Below are positions 1 through 8,920 of a DNA stretch of 36,554 bases, one piece after another. A model generated the notes under the pieces. That model saw only the letters and a list, made by a program, of their open reading frames with translations, searched no databases and was not told the origin of the DNA. Source of the stretch: Patescibacteria group bacterium UBA2100 (GTDB lineage: Bacteria; Patescibacteriota; Minisyncoccia; Phycocordibacterales; UBA2100). Positions within the stretch are counted from its first letter, which is position 1; the number at the start of each line of letters is the position of its first letter. A program made the position numbers and the translations under genes. The stretch covers positions 1-36,554 of the forward strand of contig DCYW01000039.1 of NCBI GenBank assembly GCA_002331185.1. The letters are read 5' to 3'.

Positions 1-30
1 ACCTACAAGATCTACTACGTGAAGTGTAGT

Positions 31-62
31 AAAAAACGCCGAGAACATTCTCTCGGTGTTTT
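31..62. terminator. Probable bidirectional intrinsic terminator after the xer gene
   Basis: aaaacgccgaga-acattc-tctcggtgtttt stem-loop with A and T tracts on either side, at the xer stop codon. Confidence 0.65.
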
Positions 63-996
63 ACTTTCCTTTATTGTGGAATTTGGCGTGAATGTCCTTG
101 AGATGTTTGTCCGTAACATGTGTATATATTTGGGTGGTAGCGATATTCGCGTGCCCAAGTAATGCCTGCACGCTACGAATATCGGCCCCATTTTGAAGTA
201 AGTCGGTTGCGAAGCTATGCCGTAAACCATGTGGCGTAACTGTTTTTGTAATACCTGCTCGAGTTGCATAGTGTTTCACCGCGCGCTCAACACTCCTTGG
301 AGTAAGGCGCAAATCGTTGTGTTCGCTCGCATTGCGACCCATATTTACAAATAGTGCCTCATCTAAATCTTTCCTCTCATCTAAATAGCGCTGGACTGCC
401 TTCTTTGCCTCAGACGAAAAGAATACCACGCGCACCTTGTCGCCCTTACCGCGTACTGACATTTCATCTTTAGAAAGGTCGATATCGCTATTTAATGAAG
501 TGAGCTCTGAAACACGGAGACCTGTTGAGAATAAGAGTTGTAACATCGCATTGTCGCGAATCGCTCTTAATTTCACCGCTTCATCCTCAGCTTCTTTGTA
601 TGCCTGCATGGGCGCCGCGAGCAATCGGTTTAATTCTGCGCGCGTAATTAAATCAAGGTCGCGCTGAGGTACTTTTGCTAATTCAATACGCTCAGGAGAA
701 AGACTCGTAATGCCACGTTTGCGCAAAAATTTGAGAAACGCTCGTATAGCAATAAGGTAGTAGTTCTGTGTCCGTCGTTTTAATGTTCCTCCGTCTTGTG
801 TAACCTGCCTATTAAGCCATAGACGAAATTCTCGCACTTTTGCTTCAGTGATATCTTTCGGATTCTTCACTTTGGTGTGGTCAAAAAATCGTACGAGATA
901 TCTGTCATAATTTTCGACTGTCTTCACTGCACGTCCACGCTCTATTTCGAGATATTCAAGAAATTCTTGCTTATTTTTTTCGAGATTTGAGCTCAT
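61..996 (-). CDS. XerC/XerD-family tyrosine recombinase
   Basis: N-terminal SAM-like domain plus intact catalytic motifs TGLRVSE, GKGDK, HGLRHSFAT, LLGH, TQIY. Start moved to ATG 996, which has TGaTACACT 7 nt upstream. XerC vs XerD not resolvable by eye. Confidence 0.92.
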   Translation of the reverse strand: MSSNLEKNKQEFLEYLEIERGRAVKTVENYDRYLVRFFDHTKVKNPKDITEAKVREFRLWLNRQVTQDGGTLKRRTQNYYLIAIRAFLKFLRKRGITSLSPERIELAKVPQRDLDLITRAELNRLLAAPMQAYKEAEDEAVKLRAIRDNAMLQLLFSTGLRVSELTSLNSDIDLSKDEMSVRGKGDKVRVVFFSSEAKKAVQRYLDERKDLDEALFVNMGRNASEHNDLRLTPRSVERAVKHYATRAGITKTVTPHGLRHSFATDLLQNGADIRSVQALLGHANIATTQIYTHVTDKHLKDIHAKFHNKGK

Positions 997-1059
997 TATG
1001 CGTAGTGTATCATGCGCGTCGCACAATTAGTTACCTGGTTGCACAGCATCAGGATGGGG

Positions 1060-1088
1060 TTGCCAATAGATATAAACTGTGCTATATT
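1060..1088 (+). promoter_or_regulatory. Sigma70-type promoter of rpsO
   Basis: TTGCCA (1060-1065), 17-nt spacer, extended -10 TGcTATATT (1080-1088). Confidence 0.6.
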
Positions 1089-1148
1089 TGTCACACGTCC
1101 GGATATGTTGTTTCGTACAGCAATCACCGGGCATATTTTGTGTATATC

Positions 1149-1415
1149 ATGCTTACAAAACGACAAAAAGCTAACGCTCTTAAAAAAGGACAACGACACG
1201 ATGCTGATACTGGTTCTCCAGAGGCGCAAGTGGCAGTTTTGAGTAAACGTATCGACGAGCTTGCTTCACACCTTAAGAAGAACCATAAGGATAACCACTC
1301 ACGTCGAGGTCTTCTACAGATGGTCGCAGATCGCCGAAAGCACCTTAAGTATCTTGAGGGTAAAGACTCAAAAGTATATAGTAAGCTCGTAAAAGCACTC
1401 GGATTAAAAAAATAA
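1149..1415 (+). CDS. rpsO: 30S ribosomal protein S15
   Basis: DTGSPEAQVA, HLKKNHKDNHSRRGLLQMV, LGLKK; 88 aa from ATG 1149. Confidence 0.97.
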   Translation: MLTKRQKANALKKGQRHDADTGSPEAQVAVLSKRIDELASHLKKNHKDNHSRRGLLQMVADRRKHLKYLEGKDSKVYSKLVKALGLKK

Positions 1416-1441
1416 TTTTTAATAAAAAAGAACGCTCCTAT

Positions 1442-1466
1442 AAAAGTGCGCCTCGGTGCACTTTTT
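1442..1466 (+). terminator. Intrinsic terminator after rpsO
   Basis: aaaagtgcgc-ctcg-gtgcacttttt hairpin ending in a T run. Confidence 0.6.
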
Positions 1467-1547
1467 GCATTCTTGGTTAGTCGTACTGTATGATAGACAC
1501 ACGGTCGAATTTTTTACTCGATGTAATTTTTTTAAGAAACTATTTTT

Positions 1548-2087
1548 ATGTCAGTTATTAAACACAAAGAACAACGTGTCGGTGTTTTCATCGACACTCA
1601 AAACCTCTACCATAGCGCAAAGAACATCTACAAGGCAAAAGTCAATTTTGATAATGTCTTGAAAGAAAGTGTTGCAGGCCGTCAGCTCATACGAGCACGT
1701 GCATATGTGGTTACTACGGAATCAGGCGAAGAGCAGAGCTTCTTTGAAGCCATGAAAAAGCTTGGTATCGAAATCATCACTAAAGATTTACAAATCTTTT
1801 TTGGTGGTGCAAAGAAAGCCGATTGGGATGTTGGGATGGCAATTGATGCGGTAACTATGGCACCTAAGCTCGATGCCGTGATACTGGCAACAGGGGACGG
1901 TGACTTTATTCCGCTTGTGGAATACCTCCAACGCCATTCAGGAACGCAGGTTGAGGTTATTAGCTTTGGTAAATCTTCATCATCAAAACTCCGTGAAGTC
2001 TGCGACGACTTCATTGATATGGATGAAGACCCGAAAAAATACCTCATTGCTCATCGTAACTGGAAGATTCCAGGAATTACCGGATAG
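1548..2087 (+). CDS. NYN-domain (LabA/DUF88) PIN-like ribonuclease
   Basis: VFIDTQNLY, KKADWDVGMAIDA, LATGDGDFIPLV, LREVCDDFIDM motifs. Confidence 0.9.
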   Translation: MSVIKHKEQRVGVFIDTQNLYHSAKNIYKAKVNFDNVLKESVAGRQLIRARAYVVTTESGEEQSFFEAMKKLGIEIITKDLQIFFGGAKKADWDVGMAIDAVTMAPKLDAVILATGDGDFIPLVEYLQRHSGTQVEVISFGKSSSSKLREVCDDFIDMDEDPKKYLIAHRNWKIPGITG

Positions 2088-2107
2088 CAGTTTATTTCAA
2101 TAGAAAT

Positions 2108-2137
2108 AGAAAAAGCGGTCATGTGACCGCTTTTTCT
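2108..2137. terminator. Bidirectional intrinsic terminator
   Basis: agaaaaagcggtca-tg-tgaccgctttttct inverted repeat between convergent genes. Confidence 0.8.
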
Positions 2138-2718
2138 TATGCTTCTTTGATGTGTGCCATAAGTTCTGGGAAATCTGGCGTAAGAAAATGCCCTCGTTCG
2201 TAAAATTGCACAAACTCTGCCTTTGGCAACAACGTCTGTAACTGTACAGAATCTTCATACGGAACAAGCGAATCGTCTTTAGAATGATATATGTACACCT
2301 TTGATACTTGCTTTGATACGTTGCTAACCATCTCTGTTAATCCAAAACCTCCAACTCCATCAAATGCAGGCGCTACCAAATGTAGTGATCGTATGCTTTT
2401 AGGTAGGATATGCTCTGACAAATACTGAGCTAAAAATGTAGCGCCGAGTGAGTGCCCCACAAGAGTAATTTCGTTTTCTAGATGAATAATATATTTTTCA
2501 AACCATAACTCCCATTCAGGATATTTCGCATTCTGTGGACTGGGCATACGTGGGCGAATAATATTCCAGTCAGCATCAAGAAATTCCTCATAACGATCAC
2601 GCCATTTTTCAGCAGATAATACATCAAGACTATCTATCTCAAATGCTTTAAGGTACTCCCAATATTCTTCATACGAATCAAACCATTCACCTCCATGAAT
2701 ATGCACTAGCTGTTTCAT
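2137..2718 (-). CDS. Alpha/beta hydrolase, YdeN/RBBP9-like serine hydrolase
   Basis: IHGG oxyanion loop, GHSLG nucleophile elbow, HSKDDSLVP acid, RGHF catalytic His. Confidence 0.85.
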   Translation of the reverse strand: MKQLVHIHGGEWFDSYEEYWEYLKAFEIDSLDVLSAEKWRDRYEEFLDADWNIIRPRMPSPQNAKYPEWELWFEKYIIHLENEITLVGHSLGATFLAQYLSEHILPKSIRSLHLVAPAFDGVGGFGLTEMVSNVSKQVSKVYIYHSKDDSLVPYEDSVQLQTLLPKAEFVQFYERGHFLTPDFPELMAHIKEA

Positions 2719-2788
2719 AGAGACGAGTCTAACATATCGTTTGAGTTACCGTGAGAATTTGATAGAGTTCAAAATAGTTATAAATAAT

Positions 2789-2860
2789 CGTGGTGTTTAG
2801 ATCACAGTGGTACACAGATTTTAAGCAAGCATTGTGTAATACTGAAATTTAGGCATCACG
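2789..2860 (+). promoter_or_regulatory. Long stem-loop in the pnp 5' leader
   Basis: cgtggtgtttagat/atttaggcatcacg (14 bp including G-U pairs), cagt/actg and tacaca/tgtgta form one long hairpin ending 12 nt before the ATG. Confidence 0.6.
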
Positions 2861-2872
2861 CAATAATGACGT

Positions 2873-5047
2873 ATGCAAAAAAAGGAATATTCGATTGAGA
2901 TAGGAGGTAAAACTCTTACTGCTCAATTCACTGATTTAGCAGATCAAGCGAACGGCTCAGTTATTTTGAGTTATGGCAACACAGCCGTTATGGCAACAGC
3001 CGTTATGGGTGGGGAGCGTGAAGGACAAGACTGGTTTCCGTTATCAGTAGAATTTGAAGAAAAATTTTACGCAGCTGGTGCAATTCTTGGAAGTCGCTTT
3101 CAGCGTCGTGAAGGACGACCTTCAGAAGAAGCGGTACTTTCAGCGCGTGTTGTCGACCGAACTATACGACCACTATTCGACCAAACATTACGTCGCGACA
3201 TTCAAGTAATCGTAACGGTTTTAGCAATCGATGAAGAAGATCCAGATGTACTGGGCGTTATCGCTGCATCACTTGCATTAAGTACATCTGATATCCCCTG
3301 GAATGGTCCTGTAAGCGCTGTCCGCATCGGGCAGGTAGCAGATGATAAAGCATTTATCATCAACCCTTCCTACACACAACGAACTGCAGATGTTGAAGTA
3401 CTCGACCTATTAGCCTGTGGGCAAGATGGAAATATCAACATGATAGAGGTTGGATCAAAAGAAGTACCTGAAGAACGTCTTGTTGAAGGAATGGGAGCAG
3501 CTGTCGCAGTTCATAACACTCTCCAAGAGTGGCAAAAGAGTATCGTTAAAGAAATCGGAAAAGAGAAACAAGAGATTCCAACTCAAAAGATTCACGAGAC
3601 AGTTTCCTCACTCTTTGAAACTGAAATAAAACCAAAGATGAGCGAATATGTCTTTGGTGAAAAAGGTGCCTATGCACTCAAAAACGAGTGGATGACGCTA
3701 GTGAAAGAACAACTACCAGAAGAAGCCGCAAATGCAGCTGCGTACTTTGAAATACAAGTGGACGAATTCGTGCATGTCGAAGCGCTCGAGAATGATCGCC
3801 GACAAGATGGACGAAAGATGGATGAAATACGAGAGCTGTACGCTCAAGCCGGAGGCATTTCTGGTCTTATTCACGGAACTGGTATTTTCTATCGAGGCGG
3901 AACGCATGTACTTTCTGCTCTTACTCTAGGAGGGCCTGATGACGCGCAGCTTGTAGACACGATTGAATTCCAAGACACAAAGAAGCGTTACATGCATCAC
4001 TACAATTTTCCACCGTTTTCAGTAGGCGAGACAGGTCGTGTGGGTGGTTTTAATCGTCGTATGATAGGGCACGGTGCACTTGCTGAAAAAGCGCTTCTTC
4101 CCGTACTGCCGAGCAAAGAAGATTTTCCCTACACTATTCGAATTGTCTCTGAAACTATGGCAAGCAACGGATCGAGCTCCCAAGCAAGTGTATGTGGTTC
4201 TACCTTAGCCCTTATGGATGCTGGTGTTCCTATTACACGCCCTGTGGCAGGTATTGCGATGGGTATGATGAGTGACAGGAACGGCAACTACAAAATATTG
4301 ACCGACATTCAAGGGCCAGAAGATCACTTTGGTGACATGGATTTCAAAGTAGCAGGAACCACCGCGGGTGTAACTGCTGTGCAGATGGACGTAAAGGTTG
4401 CAGGAGTACCTGTGCCAGTACTTGCGGAAGCGTTTGCCCAAGCGAAAACAGCGCGCCTACAAATTATGGATAAAATACTCGAGGCAATCAAAGAGCCACG
4501 CGCTGACATCAACCCACGTGCACCAAAAATTATTTCACTCCATATCAATGAAGATCAAATAGGTCTTGTTATCGGCCCGGGAGGTAAGACTATAAACGGT
4601 ATAAAAGACCAAACAGGAGCTACTGAGATATCTATTGAAGACGATGGGTCAGTGTTCATCACCGGACAAAATGGAACCGCGGAGGAAGCAGCAAAGATGA
4701 TTGAAGAACTCACCCATGAATATGTGGCAGGTGAACGCTTTGACGGACAAGTAACACGAATAATGGACTTCGGAGCATTCGTGCGCATTGGAGCACAGAC
4801 AGAAGGCTTGGTACATATATCAGAACTTGCGCCATTTCGTATTAACTCGGTAACTGATGTAGTGAAAGAAGGTGAGCGTGTTCCTGTTATAATCAAAGAG
4901 ATTGATGACAAGAAACGTATCAACCTTTCTATAAAAGATGTTGATCCGAAATTTGCATCAAACAAGGGTATTGTGCCACCAACTTCAAACGAACGTCATG
5001 CCTCAGAATCAAAACCAAAAACCAACGGAAAAAAACGAAGTGAGTGA
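2873..5047 (+). CDS. pnp: Polyribonucleotide nucleotidyltransferase (PNPase)
   Basis: Two RNase PH domains (FQRREGRPSE, RRMIGHGALA, SNGSSSQAS, GDMDFKVAG), KH (IGPGGKTI) and S1 (FGAFV, GLVHISEL) domains. Confidence 0.98.
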   Translation: MQKKEYSIEIGGKTLTAQFTDLADQANGSVILSYGNTAVMATAVMGGEREGQDWFPLSVEFEEKFYAAGAILGSRFQRREGRPSEEAVLSARVVDRTIRPLFDQTLRRDIQVIVTVLAIDEEDPDVLGVIAASLALSTSDIPWNGPVSAVRIGQVADDKAFIINPSYTQRTADVEVLDLLACGQDGNINMIEVGSKEVPEERLVEGMGAAVAVHNTLQEWQKSIVKEIGKEKQEIPTQKIHETVSSLFETEIKPKMSEYVFGEKGAYALKNEWMTLVKEQLPEEAANAAAYFEIQVDEFVHVEALENDRRQDGRKMDEIRELYAQAGGISGLIHGTGIFYRGGTHVLSALTLGGPDDAQLVDTIEFQDTKKRYMHHYNFPPFSVGETGRVGGFNRRMIGHGALAEKALLPVLPSKEDFPYTIRIVSETMASNGSSSQASVCGSTLALMDAGVPITRPVAGIAMGMMSDRNGNYKILTDIQGPEDHFGDMDFKVAGTTAGVTAVQMDVKVAGVPVPVLAEAFAQAKTARLQIMDKILEAIKEPRADINPRAPKIISLHINEDQIGLVIGPGGKTINGIKDQTGATEISIEDDGSVFITGQNGTAEEAAKMIEELTHEYVAGERFDGQVTRIMDFGAFVRIGAQTEGLVHISELAPFRINSVTDVVKEGERVPVIIKEIDDKKRINLSIKDVDPKFASNKGIVPPTSNERHASESKPKTNGKKRSE

Positions 5048-6083
5048 ACCTATCCAAGGAACACCTAAGCCTCTAAAAGCTGCGTCGGTACGCACCTTCC
5101 GTGGTGATCTTTCCAAAAGCGGTGTAGAGGGTTCGCGCATGGCAGCCACACTAGAGCCACCGAAGCCGGCTTCACCAGATGTTCAGAAATCTGAAAGCAC
5201 ACATGCACAAGCGATCCCAAAAAATAAGGCAATTGTTCATACATTTAAAGATGACATACAACATCTCGTACGCAATCAAAAAACATCTCTCACGCGTATT
5301 GCAGCAATGGAGAGCAATCGACGTGCGAACGATAGCCCGAGAGAAGACATTGAGGAGGAACCAAAAAAGGCGATGGTTATTGTTTTCCTAACAATTTTAT
5401 TTGTTATCATTGCATCTCTCTTTGTCCTTGGTTCATATTATGCATACCGTCTTAATACCACTCCGCCTGCAGCACAGCAGGGCACTTCATCCTTTATCTT
5501 TATCGAAGGGCGAGAGTACGTTGATGTAACCGGAGTACAAGCGCGCGATGTAATAGAATTACTCGCATCAGTACGACGAAATACTTTTTTCTCGCTTGGT
5601 TCAATGGTAGAACTGTATCTCACCGAAAAAATTACTGGTGAAAATGAACAGGAAGTAAGTGAGCGCTTAGATTCAAAATATTTTTTAGAAACCATACGAG
5701 CACGAATTCCAATAACCTTTTTGCAAACACTCGGAGAAGACTACATACTCGGCATCCACGTTCTTGATGAAAACATCCCATTCCTTTTGCTTACCACTCG
5801 CTCATATGGGAATGCTTTTGCAGGCATGCTTGCATGGGAAAAAAGTATCGAGGAGGACCTCCTCCCTCTCTTCAGTCCTCGTTCATCATTTATAAAACCA
5901 GCAAGTGCAACAGGAGCAAACATTTTTGAAGACACTGTTATGGACAACCTTGATGTACGTATATTGTATGATGAAGATGGTATAGCTCGTATAATGTATG
6001 CTTTTATCGGCCAGGATGCCATAGCTATCACGACTGACGCTCGAACGCTTACGGAGCTTGCGAATAGATTTCGTGTACGCTAG
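5040..6083 (+). CDS. Hypothetical single-pass membrane protein
   Basis: Probable GTG start at 5040 overlapping the pnp stop; low-complexity N-terminus, one TM (MVIVFLTILFVIIASLFVLGSYY), globular C-terminal domain. Confidence 0.75.
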   Translation: MSEPIQGTPKPLKAASVRTFRGDLSKSGVEGSRMAATLEPPKPASPDVQKSESTHAQAIPKNKAIVHTFKDDIQHLVRNQKTSLTRIAAMESNRRANDSPREDIEEEPKKAMVIVFLTILFVIIASLFVLGSYYAYRLNTTPPAAQQGTSSFIFIEGREYVDVTGVQARDVIELLASVRRNTFFSLGSMVELYLTEKITGENEQEVSERLDSKYFLETIRARIPITFLQTLGEDYILGIHVLDENIPFLLLTTRSYGNAFAGMLAWEKSIEEDLLPLFSPRSSFIKPASATGANIFEDTVMDNLDVRILYDEDGIARIMYAFIGQDAIAITTDARTLTELANRFRVR

Positions 6084-6142
6084 CTAAACCAATTTCGTCA
6101 AGATATGTTGCAGATTTACAAAATAGTGTATAGTAGTCCACT

Positions 6143-6508
6143 ATGGTAGATTCACGAACAATAAAGAAACTGGAGGAGCGTCTAACCCAAGAAAAGGCAA
6201 TTCTTGAGATTGAACTTTCTGATATTGGAAAAGTCGATCAATCGAACCCTCGAAACTGGGAAGGTACAAATGGTGATTATGAGACAGGCACAGCTGATGC
6301 TGCAATACTTGCAGATCGATTCGAAGAGAAGACAACAAATAGTGGTATCGTTACTGAGCTTGAAGAGCGTTTTAATAATATTAAAGACGCACTCGTACGT
6401 ATCAAAAAAGATACATACGGTAAATGTAATGAGTGTGGTGAAAAAATCCCTCTCGAACGCCTCGAAGCAAACCCTGCCGCAGCCACCTGTGTTGCACACG
6501 CGGACTAA
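6143..6508 (+). CDS. TraR/DksA-family zinc-finger protein
   Basis: Coiled coil followed by ALVRIKKDTYGKCNECGEKIPLERLEANPAAATCVAH. Confidence 0.9.
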   Translation: MVDSRTIKKLEERLTQEKAILEIELSDIGKVDQSNPRNWEGTNGDYETGTADAAILADRFEEKTTNSGIVTELEERFNNIKDALVRIKKDTYGKCNECGEKIPLERLEANPAAATCVAHAD

Positions 6509-6541
6509 TTACTCGCTCAAAAAGCGCTTAACAAAGGACTG

Positions 6542-6575
6542 ACGAATGCCTCAATAAATTGAGGCATTCGTTTTT
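6542..6575 (+). terminator. Palindromic terminator / dispersed repeat, copy 1
   Basis: acgaatgcctcaat-aa-attgaggcattcgt followed by tttt; near-identical copy at 36527-36554. Confidence 0.75.
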
Positions 6576-6638
6576 ATATGATGCTGAAGTTTTAAACATC
6601 CTTCTCTTTCCCGGTTTTGAATACGGTATACTCATATA

Positions 6639-8168
6639 ATGTCCTTTGCTCAAGTTTTTAGTGCTCAAACGTCACTCCTTTCTGCTCATATTGTTACAAT
6701 AGAAATTGATCTCTCAACAGGCCTCCACGCCTTCTCGGTGGTTGGTCTACCCGACAAAGCTGTCGAAGAATCCCGTGACAGAGTAAGCGCGGCGTTAAAA
6801 AATGCTGACTTTGAAAAAAGTTCGGATTTTAAAGCACCAAAACATAACAATAGGAAAATTGTTGTGTCTCTTGCACCTGCCGAACTAAAGAAAGAAGGCC
6901 CTCTTTTTGATGTGCCGATTGCTATCGCCTACCTACTGGCAAGTGGTGAGCTACAAACACCAATCGAGGATTTTCTTTTTTTCGGTGAACTTTCATTGGA
7001 CGGGAAAGTGAAAGCGACAACTGGTGTATTGCCATTGGTGCAAAAAGCACAGCGCGAAGGCTTCGCGGCAGTTTTCGTACCGGAAGAAAATGCGGCTGAA
7101 GCAGCACTTATAGACGACATTACTATTTTCCCTACAGCTACACTATCGCAGATTATCGCTCACCTTCGTGGTATAGAAGAAATCACTCCCTTCACTGATC
7201 CGCCACCTCTTGCATCGTATACGCCTGAAAATCATCTTGAATCTATACGAGGTCAGGATCATGCAAAACGCGGACTCACTATTGCTGCTGCAGGAGGTCA
7301 TAACATTGCGTTGTTTGGCCCTCCCGGAACAGGAAAAACGATGTTAGCAAAAGCACTGTGTTCCTTACTTCCTAACTTGTCTCACGAACTCGCGCTGGAG
7401 GTAACGAGTATCCACTCAATCGCAGGTACACTTACCGAGACTCTTGTTGAACGCCCACCATTACGGAACCCACATCACACAGCAAGCTACGTGTCATTGG
7501 TTGGCGGTGGCACCATACCGCGCCCAGGGGAAATAACACTCGCTCATCGTGGTGTTCTTTTTCTTGATGAATTTCCTGAATTTGATAAACGTGTCATTAA
7601 CGCACTGCGCCAACCACTTGAAGATAAGATAGTTTCGATAACTCGCGCAAAAGGTTCTGCAGTATTTCCGTCTGATTTCATTCTCATTGCAGCACTTAAC
7701 CCTTGTCCATGTGGCTACTACGGCAGTCATAAATGCACCTGTGCACCTGCTGCACTTCAGCGATACCAACAAAAACTATCAGGCCCCATAATGGATCGTA
7801 TAGATATGTGGATTGAGGTTGGTGCGATAGAACACAGTAAGTTGCTCGAAAAGCCAAACGAAAGTGGCGAGTCAGACGCGATACGCAAGAAAATCACTCG
7901 CGCACGGACACTCCAAAAGAAACGATTCAAAAAAACCGACCGTCTTAACAGTGGTATGACCCCAAAAGGATTGGTTCATCATGCGTCATTATCAGAAAAG
8001 TGCGCTAATATTCTCAATACTGCAGCAACCAAAATGGACCTTTCGCCCCGAGCGTACCATCGTTGTATAAAGTTAGCGCGCACTATCGCTGATATTGAAG
8101 ATTCAAAAGATATACAAGAATCTCACATTCTTGAAGCCCTCCAATATCGACCCAAACAAGAGAGATAA
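6639..8168 (+). CDS. comM: ComM/YifB family Mg-chelatase-like AAA+ ATPase
   Basis: VGLPDKAVEESRDRV, GELSLDG, Walker A GPPGTGKT, PGEITLAHRGVLFLDEFPEF, NPCPCGY..CTC, ARTIAD. Confidence 0.93.
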   Translation: MSFAQVFSAQTSLLSAHIVTIEIDLSTGLHAFSVVGLPDKAVEESRDRVSAALKNADFEKSSDFKAPKHNNRKIVVSLAPAELKKEGPLFDVPIAIAYLLASGELQTPIEDFLFFGELSLDGKVKATTGVLPLVQKAQREGFAAVFVPEENAAEAALIDDITIFPTATLSQIIAHLRGIEEITPFTDPPPLASYTPENHLESIRGQDHAKRGLTIAAAGGHNIALFGPPGTGKTMLAKALCSLLPNLSHELALEVTSIHSIAGTLTETLVERPPLRNPHHTASYVSLVGGGTIPRPGEITLAHRGVLFLDEFPEFDKRVINALRQPLEDKIVSITRAKGSAVFPSDFILIAALNPCPCGYYGSHKCTCAPAALQRYQQKLSGPIMDRIDMWIEVGAIEHSKLLEKPNESGESDAIRKKITRARTLQKKRFKKTDRLNSGMTPKGLVHHASLSEKCANILNTAATKMDLSPRAYHRCIKLARTIADIEDSKDIQESHILEALQYRPKQER

Positions 8169-8262
8169 ACCACCAGAGTGCTGCATTATGGTGGTTTATT
8201 AGCGATTAATCGCTAATATTTAAAATGTCCGAGAATATATCAGTTAACTGATATATTCTTGG
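8165..8262. repeat. Three consecutive inverted repeats
   Basis: ataaaccacca...tggtggtttat (8165-8199); perfect 22-bp palindrome tattagcgattaatcgctaata (8197-8218); perfect 28-bp palindrome agaatatatcagttaactgatatattct (8232-8259). Confidence 0.9.
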
Positions 8263-8331
8263 GCTTTACACCAAGTGGGTACGAGGTATACAATCAAAAG
8301 CAGCACAGTACCTTAGAGAAAGGAGTTGGTC

Positions 8332-8853
8332 ATGTTGCCAGGCCAAGTTGCTGATTTCGAGAAAGCTGTCGCATCTGTCGAGAATGAGGAACGAAAGAGA
8401 GATCCTAATTTCGTCATCGACCGCACGCTTTCTGCGGCGATAATTGACACCATGAGAAAACTTGCTGGAGGCAAGCAGATGGGCAATCAATTTCGCCAAT
8501 TGCGTGATAGCGCGATGAATGAAATGGGTATTGACGATCTTTTTGAATGGTATATACAAAAACTGGTTATCGGAAGGTTTTTCAACCCGCGCGCAGTTCG
8601 TGCTAAAAAAAGACCCCAGCTATGCGTAGTGAAAGAAGCTTCAGCAGATAGCGTAACAATACAAGTCTATCCTGAAATTTCTATCGTCTTTGGTACGAAA
8701 AAGAACGGTCACGAAAAGCCAGATTGGGGCGATGTCGTCGTAATCCGGAGAGAAGTGGAAAGTGGATCACCGTTTATCGGAGATCATCACTTCCAAAGAG
8801 CGAAAAAAACAGCTCTTGCAGCAATGCGTTCTTATCAGAAGCAGAAGTATTAA
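8332..8853 (+). CDS. Hypothetical protein (orphan)
   Basis: 173-aa ORF; AGGAG SD 6 nt before ATG 8332; candidate TTTACA/TACAAT promoter; own terminator; no family recognised. Confidence 0.75.
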   Translation: MLPGQVADFEKAVASVENEERKRDPNFVIDRTLSAAIIDTMRKLAGGKQMGNQFRQLRDSAMNEMGIDDLFEWYIQKLVIGRFFNPRAVRAKKRPQLCVVKEASADSVTIQVYPEISIVFGTKKNGHEKPDWGDVVVIRREVESGSPFIGDHHFQRAKKTALAAMRSYQKQKY

Positions 8854-8856
8854 ATC

Positions 8857-8896
8857 AACGCCAGATAGCATTCGTGCTATCTGGCGTTCTTTTTTT
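8857..8896 (+). terminator. Intrinsic terminator
   Basis: aacgccagatagca-ttcg-tgctatctggcgtt 14-bp stem, then ct and a T run. Confidence 0.85.
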
Positions 8897-8920
8897 ATAA
8901 TGGTTCTATATACTGTATGT

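Noticed and set aside
1-29. Possible 3' end of a plus-strand gene (..LQDLLREV*)
   Set aside because: Too short to support
61-996. Recombinase as a phage, ICE or integron integrase mobilising the T4SS locus
   Set aside because: Size and motifs are XerC/D-like with no integron-specific insertion; it lies 13 kb from the locus with core genes in between; no att repeats or attC sites seen
2970-3008. Direct repeat acagccgttatgg twice at the start of pnp
   Set aside because: Encodes TAVMATAVM within the normal PNPase beta strand; frame intact; no sign of function
8232-8259. 28-bp palindrome as the chromosomal dif site
   Set aside because: No resemblance to the TTATGTTAAAT XerD arm, the spacer is symmetric, and it lies ~21 kb from oriC rather than at the terminus
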